Assembly: GCF_037042905.1 (NCBI RefSeq)
Contig: NC_087254.1
Coordinates: forward strand, 35,340,001-35,404,000
Direction of reading: 5' to 3'
Origin: Lytechinus pictus
Taxonomy: Eukaryota
DNA: 64,000 nucleotides
Shown here: positions 40,101 through 52,358 of the stretch, piece by piece
How positions within the stretch are numbered: the first letter of the stretch is position 1
How the letters are laid out: every line of letters begins with the position of its first letter
Translations under genes and position numbers: made by a program
Notes under the pieces: model-generated
Databases searched by the model: none
The model's input: only the letters and a program-made list of their open reading frames with translations
Told to the model about the DNA's origin: nothing

Positions 40101-43100
40101 GATACATTGAATTATTCCACTTAGAGAACAAAAATCGAATATTGGTCGAGAGAGGACTATATTATTAACGGAGTATAGAACATTCATTTTTATGAATGAT
40201 TGTTATGAAAGAGATGGCGAGGAGCGAAGAGCTTTAAACTACGTGAACATTTTCTTGAAACGCCTTAATGATGATATAGGATAGCGAACATACGAACAAA
40301 GAAATCATGATTTAATAAGTATATGTTAAGAATGTTTGCCAGTGATCAAATTGACGTCAGGAATAGATCCACCTTTTTATTTTTTAAATTAATTTATTTA
40401 TTTTCTTGCTTCTGCCAACACCCTTCATTGTGTTCGCAAAGTCCATTTTTAGCAACGCATCCGGAATCATGTCAATACCTTCACAGGCCCAGGCTTCAAC
40501 TGACAAGTTTAATAATGGGAGAAGTTTGATTCTGTGAATTTCAAGCACACTCTGATCCTCAAGAATACCCTGAGAGGCTTATAACGTATTGCCTAGACAC
40601 GAGTTTCTATGAAATAACCACCATCGTTACCATAGTAACGGGATATCACTCATTACCATCATGACTACTTGATCTCTGAGTTGGTGATCATTGTGATAAT
40701 GAAAATAAAAATAACGATGATGAAAGTAATGATTACAANNNNNNNNNNNNNNNNNNNNNNNNNNNNNNNNNNNNNNNNNNNNNNNNNNNNNNNNNNNNNN
40801 NNNNNNNNNNNNNNNNNNNNNNNNNNNNNNNNNNNNNNNNNNNNNNNNNNNNNNNNNNNNNNNNNNNNNNNNNNNNNNNNNNNNNNNNNNNNNNNNNNNN
40901 NNNNNNNNNNTTACTTTTGTTATGATAATAATCGGAACTGAAACATGTCATTCCCCTCTAGTGTTAAATTTACAGTATTAGTTAAACACAAATGGTGTTT
41001 ACTATAACACCTTTAATTGTCTCTTTGAGTCTTTGGTGTTATGTTCAATCTCTATATAGGGTGCAAGGACTTTATGGTCCTCTATAAAGACACCAACCGG
41101 TGTAAGTTTTAACACCCAAGGTTTTTACAGTGCAGATATTGGTGTATACTGTATCTTACCCTTCATCTTGTGTGGATTCTTTCTTCAGACTGATGGAGTT
41201 TGCACGATTAATCTGTCTTTGGTACTGAGCAATATCTGCGTCTTCCATCGCCTGTTAGGAATCATATAAATCATATTGTTGAATTAAAAAAAAATATTGT
41301 CACTTTGTATAAGGAAATAATGGCTGATAATCCGAACTAAAACATGGCTACATTGGCTCAACTACGGAAGGCCAGAAATGAACACAGCCTTCAATGTAAT
41401 ACAACGTAAAGTATATAGTTAATCTCATGGTTTTAAAGATTAATACGAGTCTATGGCGAAACATGAAGGTTTCCTGAAAAGTTGTAATTGATGGTAAGAT
41501 TCATTTTTTAATCTTTCGTCATTTTTTTCACTTTACACATTTTTCATATTCATGTATCGGAAATGCAAATAAATCCAGAGGCAGCGTCAGAAGACTTTGG
41601 GAGAAGGGGGGTAGGTGATCTCTAGATGACGTCCTTTTTTTATTGAATAAGAGTCACATAGAATTTGGCGACGTTGACTTCTGTTTCTGATACTCTCCTC
41701 CCTTCATTTTATTTTTTATTTTACTCTTCTGCGCCCCATCCCGCTGTTCTGAAGCCCCTGGGAAGCGTTTTATCAACATTTTTGTCCGACAAGTTTTCAG
41801 ATCTGACATCTTTCCTTGATTTTGACTGGCTGAGAGGCACTGTTACTATGGTAACCGTCGGATAAAATGGGACTTAAGTTGTCGGATAAATTGTCCGACA
41901 AGTCATTTCATGAAACGCTCCCCAGGATGTGTCGAATGTCTCATAAAAACATTTTGTCACGAAAAGCTTGAACTTCCAAGCTTCATGGCATGCATACGGT
42001 GTGCTTATTCCCCCAGAATGAAGTAGGCCTATAACCTTTAATCAATCTTAGCAGTTGACAAATATAAAATGCAAGCAAATTACTTATGCAAGCAGAGCAA
42101 ATAATGACAACAGTACGTTTGGGGCTGTCGCGAATTATATTAATCCAATTCTGCTCTCTTATATTTATAGGGCGTGGCAATTTAGATGTGCGAGATTATC
42201 ATCTAAATTGAAATCAAGATAATGAGGCGTATACTGTCATACATTATTCATTCTGGAAACTATAGGTACCTAGGACTAAACATAAGGGAGTTTCCGCAGC
42301 GCGACGCATTCGACGGATTCAATAACATGGTAAATGCTTTGAAAACGCCGGTTAAACGACATAAGGTGGGAGGTCTTTGACGAAAATGTGTGAACCCGAA
42401 CAGCAGTTAGCTCCTACGTTTCGGAGATGACGAAAATGGCAGATATGTCGTTTGTCTAGAATACAGGACGAAACTGCTGTTTTGATTCACAAATTTTCAA
42501 CAAAAACTTCTTGGTTGTTCATTGTCATGAAGGGCATTTGACAATACATTTTCTATGTTCTTGAATCCGTCGTGCGTCATGGAGCGAAAACTCGCTATTA
42601 ACAATATCTCATTGGATACATGTATAAATCATTGACGGGTTACCATCTCTAATGGCGCAGTCACATTTCACATGCGGCAGCCGTACGACGAGTCGAGTAT
42701 CAGCTACATGTAGAAAGTTTGAATAAAAAGGAATAAAACGGCCGTTTTCGACTCGCCGTACGGCCGCCGTATGGGAAATGTGACTGCAGCATTACATATT
42801 GGATTCTTTGTTATGAAAGAGCGATACACTGTTTTTTTTTTCATAAAGAATACCATTCAATTGGTCATTAGGAATAATTCTGATATCTACTAATTCTGAT
42901 TTTCATTTTTGGCCATTATTTTGAGTGCCAGCATTATCTCCTCAAATTATATTTTTTTACAGTAACAACGTCATCTTTTACAACATAAGCACATCTAATT
43001 ATAATGTCGTCATCATACCATGGACCTATTCAGAAACTAAGATTTTTGTAGATGGATTAGCAATTGCATGATTATATATAATGAATCACGGAAAATCTCG

Positions 43101-46100
43101 CCATTCTAAAACCTGTATTGACATGTTCAAGAACCTCTTCGTGAAGAAATATACATCACAGTATACTTTACTAGTACTAGATATGAGAACTCCATAGATT
43201 ATACTGTACCTTGAAAGTGTGTTATTGTGGTGTAAACATATACATGCATGTACATCTAACGATGATATCCGTTATAAACTGTCGCGATCGCTGATCTACC
43301 AATCGAGTTAAGTAACATGCAAATCCCTATGGATTAATTGATATTCCTCGAACGATCTTGGAGGTCGAAAACTGCGACTATGCTGATTGTTTAAAACGTT
43401 TTACATACAGAAGATCATGCAATCTCCATACATTTAAATTCACCGATCAGAAATGAAAGCGGTGTGGTTATAATGCTAACTATTATAACACGGGTGGGTA
43501 GTTAACGTATAAACGCATTCAGTGTCTATTTAGCCCTATTCCCCGTGAAGAGGGTACACATTCGTGGCAATAGGTCTTAAACAAACAATAGGGGGAAGTC
43601 CCAAATATCAGTGACATCATTTGAAATAGGTATGATCGAGTAAATCAGTACTAATATCGCGTTCCATTGTGTATTGACATTCTTAACCATAAATGTTCAT
43701 TATATGCGTTTTAGTCGTTTCTTTCACGGAGCAAATCAAACAGGGTTCACGGTTCTTTTGGTAAAGCAAGCATGCAGATATCCTGTCTGAAAAGAATCGT
43801 AAAATATTTGTTATTAATATCCCTTTTGATATAAAAGGACATTCAGAGGGTAAGGAGAAAAGGCGTCGTGTTTCGAAGTATTTCTATAGTAATTGAAATC
43901 ACACACGTCCCTTCTTGATTTTAAATTGCCCATTGTTAAACAATATATATATTTCAATCATGTATTATCACGTTTGGGTTATCAATTACATAAATGTAAA
44001 AGATGAACAATATTTACATTATCATAATATATCGTTTGCCTTTTAAGAAAACAATACTATTTACAGAGAGAAGGAATATCAGTGGAGTAAAAAAAAAACG
44101 AAAGAAATGAAAAGAAAATGGGGAGAACATATAGCTACGAAGATAGTCGGGGAGCCCAGAGACATACGGATGATTAAATGACAAAGAACATCTAAGAAGT
44201 CTTTGTCGAAAATTTGTGAACCGGAACAGCAGTTTAAATCAGAGCTGGAGAAAAATTGCAAATGATTATGTCGTTTGTCCAGAATCAAGGACTAAACTGT
44301 TGTTTAAAGATTCACTAATTTTCTACAAAGACTTCTTAGATGTTCTTTGTCATTTGACTGTGATACATTTACTCTGTTCTTGAAACTTCAGTACGTCGCT
44401 GAGCAAAAACTCCTAGCGTTGACAGTCACACTAACGAAGCCGAATGCTGACTGACCAAAGCAATTGCTTTATTTCCAATGACATATCAGTCGGTTTGCAG
44501 TCGGTTCCAGTGGTGTGTGACTGCGACATAAAATTTGATTAAAATCTCTGATTTAGACTTATTAGGTAAAGTCATGTTCTGCTACATTTGAAGATTTAAT
44601 ATATATATCGTATGGCAATGTGCCAACCGTGATGGTTAGTGACTATAATTCAACTTCCATAGGAGACCAGGATTTTATAACATCATTCGTTATCATTTTG
44701 TGATCTATTCCATTGGCTTTAAATTTTCATTCCTTTTTTGCCTGAATTGTGATAAATTTATACGTCTCTTTTTTTTTTTTTTCTTTCAGTGTGTTGTATA
44801 TGGGGCTACTGCTTCAAGAAACGCCCTGATCACGTGAGAGTAGAAGATAGTGGCAATACAGATCCGCCTTCTCTGTACACTTCATCAGCTGCATACGATC
44901 ATCGCATCGCATTTGGCGCCCAAACTGTGCCTATTCAAGTTTTGTCACACGATGGCGCCGTCATTCTAATTCCTCGAAATGCACGTGACGGACATAATTT
45001 GTATCACCATGGTAATGGTATGACGAACCTAGGAGAAGCGGTGCATTACAACGTGTGTTATAAGTAAGACACACACGATATATGACTTCTTAAATAAATC
45101 TTGGTTTATTATATTATTGCATGCATGAACAGAACTGCATAAATAGCATAAAACGAAATGGCACAAACTCGGCGTAGATTAAACTTTAACTCGAGAGGAA
45201 TAAAGAAAAAACCCACAGCAGCTAGCTCAACAAATGAATCAAATGAGCTTAAGATTGCCACATGATATTTCACTTAAAAAGTATCGTTTCATAACTTGAA
45301 AATATTTTCAATTTGCTTCACCACAGCCTATTTCTGCACCTAAACCAATGATGGACCTAATGAATAACAATATCAAAGCAATGATGTGCGAATGCTTCTG
45401 GGCATGCCATCTAGGTCACCGTGAAGTTAAATATAATCCTTACCATGGGAGCATTTAATGAAAGGACTTGCCCGTTATATCCGACAATTACCTTAGTAAC
45501 AGTGTTTCTCAGTCAATCAAACCAAGGAAAGTTGTGAGATCCGACTACTTAATGGCTGTCAATGTTAACAAAGCAATACCCTGACTGCGCTTCCGCAGAG
45601 CCTGCAAAGAAAGGGGTCATATTCCTCCCAGGATATATTTTGTTTTTTATTTCACTTTAAATCTAAATAAATTATGCCACACTGCACAGATGTGGATTTT
45701 TTTATGGTAAAAATGCGTAATAGTTCCTCAAAATGAATCAAAATTATAATATTTACTACTACATCATTGTCATTTGCAAATCTTTTTTTCCCGATACAGC
45801 CATATAAATTATTTTCTTTCACCTTTCCTATATAGTTCTATCAGCTTACCATCTTACGACCAAGCGATGTCATGTCCGGTTCTTCTTCCTACTTCTCGCT
45901 CTCATCAACTTCCATCCACAGCGACCCAAGATTCTGTAACACCATCAGAAGGTGGCCACGTGATAGAGGCACGTATGAATGCGTTGGAGACGGACGAGGA
46001 GAGACGCTTGCCCGACATAGGAGGCCGCGCTGATACACCAAGGGAATCTCACGCATCACAAACCACTCGGCATGCTCGACCTGATCTTTCTATGCACCGT

Positions 46101-46223
46101 GATCGAGCTGAGAGAACGTCATCACGCCCGGAATCGCACTCTCCCATCACTAATCTGATTCCTCATTCTCCATCTCCTCCTCCTCTTCATCCCCCTCCAG
46201 CGTACCAATCATTATCACAATAA
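34122..46223 (+). CDS. two-TM PY-motif membrane protein C, 304 aa; coding exons 34122-34374, 44790-45063, 45836-46223
   Basis: Exon 1 ends ATG G|GTAAAT (phase 1). Exon 2 begins (T)nCTTTCAG|TG TGT (phase 1), completing TM2 as GLFIISTGFSLLM-V-CCIWGYCFKKR. Exon 2 ends AA|GTAAG and exon 3 begins TAG|T TCT (phase 2). The joined 915 nt are open. The tail has LPSY and PPAY. Confidence 0.75.
35016..35852. mobile_element. MITE with CACTGTAAAAA...TTTTTACAGTG ends
   Basis: Terminal inverted repeats. Similar ends occur at 16290-16510, 21188-21391, 38138-38383 and 38421-38640. Confidence 0.65.
36113..36717. mobile_element. TTAA-flanked MITE
   Basis: TTAA|AGGGGAATCCAGCC ... GGTTGGATTCCCCT|TTAA. Confidence 0.85.
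37052..41248 (-). CDS. MS4A/CD20-like four-TM protein, 202 aa; coding exons 41248-41160, 40054-39907, 39534-39478, 38831-38733, 37787-37665, 37144-37052
   Basis: All five introns are GT-AG with matching phases (2,0,0,0,0). Protein: MEDADIAQYQRQINRANSISLKKESTQDEGKVRHYNGKVSTSLGILLILCAISSIIVGIVALIVESEFHDFGPGIWAGMFFLAPGVFGIVARNKMRCLVFGFLGSSVASLVISSDLIVILCIGLSTDHIQNDREAIIVNIVGITIALTAMMTSLFAIVLCSIPFCRPPDKTCPHCPSKQAMENLGFTPDEHPGITIENNGIA*. The LG..., G.GIW.G.FF...G.FGI and post-TM4 Cys signatures are typical of MS4A-like proteins. Confidence 0.88.
38138..38640. mobile_element. two adjacent TACACT...AGTGTA MITEs in an MS4A-like intron
   Basis: TACACTGCAAAA...TTTTGCAGTGTA (38138-38383) and ACACTGAAAA...TTTAAGAGTGT (38421-38640). 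Confidence 0.75.
42084..42180 (-). promoter_or_regulatory. promoter and non-coding exon 1 of the MS4A-like gene
   Basis: Minus strand reads GCCACGCCC-TATAAATA (42178-42162) and has donor GTAATT at 42083. An acceptor at 41252 lies 3 nt before the ATG. Confidence 0.65.
44422..44523. mobile_element. solitary full-length palindromic element homologous to the satellite monomer
   Basis: CAGTCACACTAACGAAGCCGA...ATTTCCAATGACAT...TCGGTTCCAGTGGTGTGTGACTG. Confidence 0.7.
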
Positions 46224-47398
46224 TATGCAAAAAAATACATTGTAGTCTATAAACGAATATGGATTGTGAAGTTGTGACTTCGAATCCCCATCATCTCTTC
46301 TTTAACCAAAAAGGCCCGGGATTAATTTGTGTCGTCTATAAGGACATTCAATATGATTGTGACTGATTGACTTCGACGTAATGTTCCCGATGCAATGGCT
46401 GAAACCAGCTTGGCGTCGAAGAGGCTTAAAACCCGCGCTGCCGAGTTCATGTGGGCTATGGGAGTTACAGCAACAGACCCAGAACCAAAATACCTATGTG
46501 CTCTGAAACACAGCAATCGATTAATTTGAGATTATTTGCTAATTATATTTCATATAATATGTAAAGGCTGTACAGTATAATTATGTTGAAGTAACGTCAC
46601 GGATTTGGGGAAATAAAACCTGAATGAAATGAATGAAATCTTAGAGTGCAATTACGAACAATAGAAGAAAAAAACACACTCAGTATTCATGATTATGTTT
46701 ATTTTCTGGTTTTGTCTGGGTGTATATTTGTATCCACCTCTTTCTTCTCCCTCTTCCTTCTTTCAATCTCAAAGTTTTTACTCATTTTGCCCCTCGAATT
46801 TTGTATAACCTTTCAGGACGACTTTTTGGCCAATATCCCGATTTGTAAGAGAATAATGTCCATCCCTTATCATTCAAATACAGTTACCATCAACCCACAT
46901 TTTTTTTGTCGTGCAGTTTTGAAACCCACAGCCACTAATAATGGTAATCGTTCTATATGTATGTAATGTTTAACCTTTAGACTCGGGTACAGGTTGTTTA
47001 CCGTGTTTATCAGTTTAAACAATCAAGTCGAGGTTCTGCTCTAACCTCCAAGTAAAATAGATGCGATAACGCATCTCACACTCCCTTACACGCAGTTTGT
47101 TGTAGTTTGGAACATTCTAATAGTTCATCCAATAAGCATTCACCTGAGTTGTTAAGAAATTTTGCAGCCATTCTTTTGACAAAAAATAATGCAGCAGAAG
47201 AAAGAAATTGACTCTGTGACCTGAGCCAGCAACAAGATAAATCGCGAAGCATATTTTATTTACGTTATGGATCTGTTTTAGATACGTATGTACTGCCTGC
47301 ACGGAAACCATAATTGGCTTTCTGACTCTTGAATATCTGACCCGCAACGATTAAACCTGTAACGTCGATAGACGTAGAGAAAACCGATAACCGTCATA

Positions 47399-50132
47399 AT
47401 GGCTGAAATGAATCCACGAAATGTGGAATTTGGTGGTGAAAATCAACAGACAACATTTGAATATACGGACGAAACATCGCCATCATCTGCGAATGACACG
47501 TTACAAGTAAATACAAACTCGCAAGAGACATATCCAGCCCCGGTTTCTCAGGAAAATTCTCCAACACCGGATAACTTGCTATTTCCAGAAAGCGTCGCAG
47601 TCCATAGAGACAGCATGGCATCTCTTAATAACTTAGCAGCTCCAGAAAATTTGACATTACCCAACAACTCTATACAACCGGACAACTTAACATCTCGTAA
47701 CAACGCAGCAGAAGCTCCGGAAAATGTTACTGCTCCTAACTCGACTTCTCCGGACAAGTCTTTACCCTTGGACAATTTAACAATTCCCAGTAACTCAACA
47801 GCCTTGGAGAACTCTCTTTTTCCAGACAACTCCACATTCCCTGACAGTAACATATCCATGGATAACTTACCATTTCCAAATAACTCAACAGCTCCAGAGA
47901 GCGTTGAATCTCTGGGAAGCTTGGTTTGTCCAGACAACTCCACATCCTCGAGCAATCAAACTCATTTCAACCCGGCAACTACGGAAAGAGTTGAAGATCC
48001 AGAAATGTTGGTATCTCCGGAGAGCCGCACGTCCATGGACAATTCAATATCTATAAACAATGCAGCAACTCTGGAAAGGGTTGAGACTCCAGTGAGTTTG
48101 GTAGCTCCGGACAACTCCACATCCATGGAGAATTCAACTTCTCTAAACAACTCGGTAGCTCCGGAAAACTCGCCATCTTTAATCAACCCGGATTCATCTG
48201 TCACGAGGACAGTGCCAAGCCTCCCGAGCTTACCTGTCACTTCAAGAACAGTAATTTCTACCTCATCGGTAAGTCTAACGTTACCAATGGCATCAGTAAG
48301 GACCAGTCCAACATCACCAACCACAGCAACTCTACCAACTTCAACACCATCGCTTAGTCCAAATCTACCAGTATCCCCGACGCCATCAATCATCCCACCA
48401 TCTAATACAATGGCATCATCGACATCGCCATACGAGCAAGCATCGACAACGACGACGTCCGAAGATGTCGAACCAACCTGCGGACGATGTCGATCTCTAC
48501 TTCGATCACTATGTAGCACATCTCCGGACAAATACTGTTGCATCATCCCTGCCAAAATATGGCTCAAGTTCCGTCTCTGCGCCATCGTACTCCTACTCGT
48601 CGGACTCTTCCTCGTCATCATCTTCCCTCTTCCTGGAATGGTTCTCTTTCAAATAGCGATCGTCCTCCTGACTGTATCAGGAGTTTTCGTATTCATTGAC
48701 ATCGGAAGGGGAACCATCGCTAACTGTTGGTGTGAGACTGTTGAAAGGCCACGTCCTCAGCCGAACAGAGTGCGGACTATTGAAGTCACTGCAAGTGCTA
48801 GGTAAGAGCATGTGACTGTTTGGGAAACATCTTTGAAGTATTCATTAAATGCCTGAATAATCATTTTGCATAGTGTCATTATTTTTTTCTGATTCAGCCC
48901 TCATAAGTTGCCGTGTTCCTTTCAGAGGAGTGTTATTGTTGATTCGTGGTATTTAAAAAAAAATATTCTTATTGTTTTGATGTTACTTTAGTTTTGCTTA
49001 TGGGTAACAATACAGTGCAATACAGTCTTTAAAATTTTAGTCGGAAAAGGTAATGGATATAAACTATGTTTAGATATATGGTGATAACTCTCATGACTTG
49101 TATCATAGGACGTAAATGTTTTGGATGATATTTTCAATAATAATCAAACAAATTTATCAAACGGATCATTTACACTCACTAACTGCCATTGTACCCAAGG
49201 TCTATCTAACATGTTTACCTTTTAAACGTTACTTATTGACTGGACCAAGAGCCAAGGTTTTTTTTTAAGTCAAGCATCCTAATCACCATACTCATTGGCC
49301 CATTGAACTTATTATTGGTATAACTCGGCCAATGGTTATCACACCCCCTTCCACTTTGCTAACAAGCGATGTTAAAAGGTGTGCTAGGGACGATTAAATT
49401 TTCCTGAAAATTTTTCAATTAACTATGCTTAATTAATAACTTCTTTTCCCCAAAATACTTGAAGAGCAATTTGTTGATAAAATTGGTCAATGTTCGTGAT
49501 GTTTGCTGAACGCCCTCATAAATAGTGTTATTTGAATTACTTTGATAAGCGCAAAATAGTTAAAATCGGCGATCAACATAATAATTAGCAGTGCTGCTAC
49601 TAATTCATCCGTGTCTGCGTACGAACAAAATTTACAATTTAAATGCCAAATTGATCTCACACATGTCATCTTCTCTCATTTGATTTGTCTTAATGATAAG
49701 TTTGCAGTATGATTCGTTATGTTTATATCACATGGATGCGCCAATTTAGGCCTGCATTATAATCATACCACTTTTATCACATCACCTCTTTTTTTTTCTC
49801 CACTCAGGTTTGAAGAATACGACAACCCTGCCTTCTCCGAGGGCGACCATCCACCCGATTACGCCTCCGCCATCGCTACAACTCCAACCCCTCTCGACCA
49901 CGGACACCAACGACCACCGAACATCACCATCAACATCGAGGCCTCGGAGCGCGGAACAACGGGTGACCTCGCCTTTGATCCTACTTTGAGCCCAAGCTCG
50001 ATTTTCTCCTTCAGCGAACCTTACTCGCCACGGTCATTACCTCCATCGTATGATGACGTCATAAAAGAAGATAACGACAGGCAGAGGTCAAGGAACCGAG
50101 ATGATGATACTCCTGGACCAAGCTCCTCCTGA
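47399..50132 (+). CDS. two-TM PY-motif membrane protein D with a long repetitive N-terminus, 575 aa; coding exons 47399-48801 and 49808-50132
   Basis: 468-codon ORF ends GCT AG|GTAAG (phase 2) and joins CTCAG|G TTT. TM hairpin FRLCAIVLLLVGLFLVIIFPLPGMVLFQIAIVLLTVSGVFVFIDIG is flanked by Cys clusters. The tail has YDNPAF, PPDY and LPPSY. Confidence 0.88.
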
Positions 50133-50907
50133 ATTAGCCTTCAGACAAGGCCCCGTGTTTGACGTGACGTGCATATCAGAAAAAGAGCGTCTGGTAAAGA
50201 GAGACCAATCGCCCAAACCCGGGTGAAGGCGCCATCCTATAAGGAAACTGGGTGCATTCACTGAGTCAGCGCTAGTCTCGCCTCAGTCCTTGCGTGGTTT
50301 GTCAAAAAGCTACTCCTGAGCAAGTTCGATCTTCAATTCGAATGAATAAATTTCTGTATCATGGCAAAGGAATATTATTTTTCAACATCTCCATGACCAG
50401 AAACACTTGAGACTGGAGACAGAAATTTCTATAGGCCTGTCCTGGGCAAACATCAAAGTTTGTAAGCAGATAAGAGATGACTTTGCAACATGATATGGAA
50501 TTATATTTAGAAACAAAATCAGAGATATATCTGGAAAATTGTAATCAGTTTCAACTGTGTAAACGTTGGTTTCATTTATCGTGTACATTTTAATGAAAAA
50601 AATATCATGACATCCGTGATCGGCACTAGTGACAAGTATTTAACATTATTTCACTGCAGGTTTAACCTACCTCAAAATAAAGAATAATTTTAAAAAGAAC
50701 AATTTTATATACCGCAAATTCGCAAATTGCCTCTGAGCGGTTAAGAGAAAGGAAATATGAAGTATAAAGGAAATAGAAATAGAAATACGTTGCACAACAA
50801 AATGTTTCAAAGCTAATATTACAATTTACAACTTTTTCTCACCAGATCATGAATAAATAAATACCATAAAATGGGCCAATAAACATATGATACGATCAAT
50901 TTAAGAT

Positions 50908-51850
50908 TTAAAAAAGATGGGTTTCAAGCATAACTTTAAAGGTATTGTTTAACTTTGTGAGCAGCCAATTTAAAAAATTCTCAAACCAAGATGAAACATG
51001 TGTACAAGTGCATGTATTAGAACTAATAAACCCTGAAAACAACCATTATTGAGAATGAAAAGCTAAAACTACAAGGCAAAAGTGTATGGGATGAAATTCA
51101 GATGGTGTTTTCGGTCACTTTATATTTCAATTTTTGAAGCGCTAAATAATTATTTTCGAACGCAATTTTTTCTTGGCTTCATTTTTGTAACATATCACAG
51201 ACACAGGTGACAAGTGTGACCTTCTAGCTCAGATTTTTTAAAAGTCAAACCAATGTTAACCAGTCACTTTAAATGTATTAACACAGTTAGCATTGCGAAT
51301 TTGTAGGGGGAGATTGTTCCAAAGAAATGAAGCTGCAGAAGAGAAAGAACGCTGACCGTATTGTTTGTAAGAATTATGAGTTTGAGAAAGAAGAGATTGA
51401 GAAGCAGAACGTAGAACTCGAACTGGCTGATATCGAGGAACTAGTTCAGAAAGGTATGAAGGAGCTAGACCATGATATGACTTGAAAGCAAGAAGAAGAA
51501 TTTTGTAGGTGATATGAGAAATAATAGGAAGCCAGTGGAGTTTGCGAAGCACAGGAGTAATGTGGGAAGAACGAGGGACACAGGAAACAAGACGAGCCGC
51601 GGTGTTTTGGATGCGCTGGAGCTTTGAGGTCAATTTTGTGGAAAGGCCAAAGAGAAGGGAATTACAATTATCTAAGCGAGATGTGATAAAAGCATGAATA
51701 AGACGATGGGCTGTATTCTGGTCAAGAAACCTACGGATTTTACTTGTTTTTCTTAAAAGCTACAAAGGCAGACTTACATATAACATCAACATTTTGAGAC
51801 ATGGAAAGGGATAGTTCCATGACAGCACCAAGATTCCATGATCTATGATA
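50908..51850 (-). mobile_element. L2-type LINE ORF2 3' fragment interrupted by a MITE
   Basis: Reads LQRIQNTAARLV...HITPVLRKLHWLPI...KILLLAFKSYHGLAPSYL...GQRSFS..AS.LWNNLP. It continues FKVMLETHLF* once 50940-51268 is removed. Confidence 0.9.
50936..51272. mobile_element. TTAA-flanked MITE inserted in the LINE
   Basis: TTAA at 50936 and 51269. Imperfect TIR AGGTATTGTTTAAC / GTTAACCAGTCACT. Confidence 0.75.
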
Positions 51851-52259
51851 GTAGAAATTCCCATTATTACACTCACTCACACACACACACTCTCTCTCTT
51901 CTTTTCTTTATTCCCCTCTCTTCCGTGCTATGTACTTTTACATGTATTTTCAATTTTGGTTTATCATGATGGGGATACATGTCAGAATTTAATACATTCG
52001 TCCCCAACATGACAAACAACATTCCTATGTGTGTTAATTTTTCTTATGATGTAGAATTCGTGTAAATTGAGCTTTTTTTTATTTGATATTGAATGTATTT
52101 TATGTAAATGTTTGTAAAGGGTTATGGTTATGCAATTCGGCTTTTCAGCCGCTATAGATAACCTTGTTGCTATAAACCGTTTTCAATAAATAAATAAAAT
52201 CCAGCAACCATGTCACAACTCTGACAATGCCCTAACTTCATTGAGCAATGTAGCTAACA

Positions 52260-52358
52260 AGTCCAGAAAGAAATCAGCGACTTGGATGGTCTGCGAACCC
52301 ACGACCGTCTGACTGCAAGGCGGGAGTCAGAAGGGCCTACAACCAGGCCACGCCGTTT
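52260..52358 (-). mobile_element. degenerate tRNA-derived SINE head
   Basis: Minus strand reads GGCGTGGCCTGGTTG ... GGTCGTGGGTTCGCAGACC. Confidence 0.5.

Noticed and set aside
47548-48621. Minus-strand ORFs of 135 and 219 aa (also 17316-17705 and 26521-26850)
   Set aside because: Shadow ORFs antisense to real coding exons.
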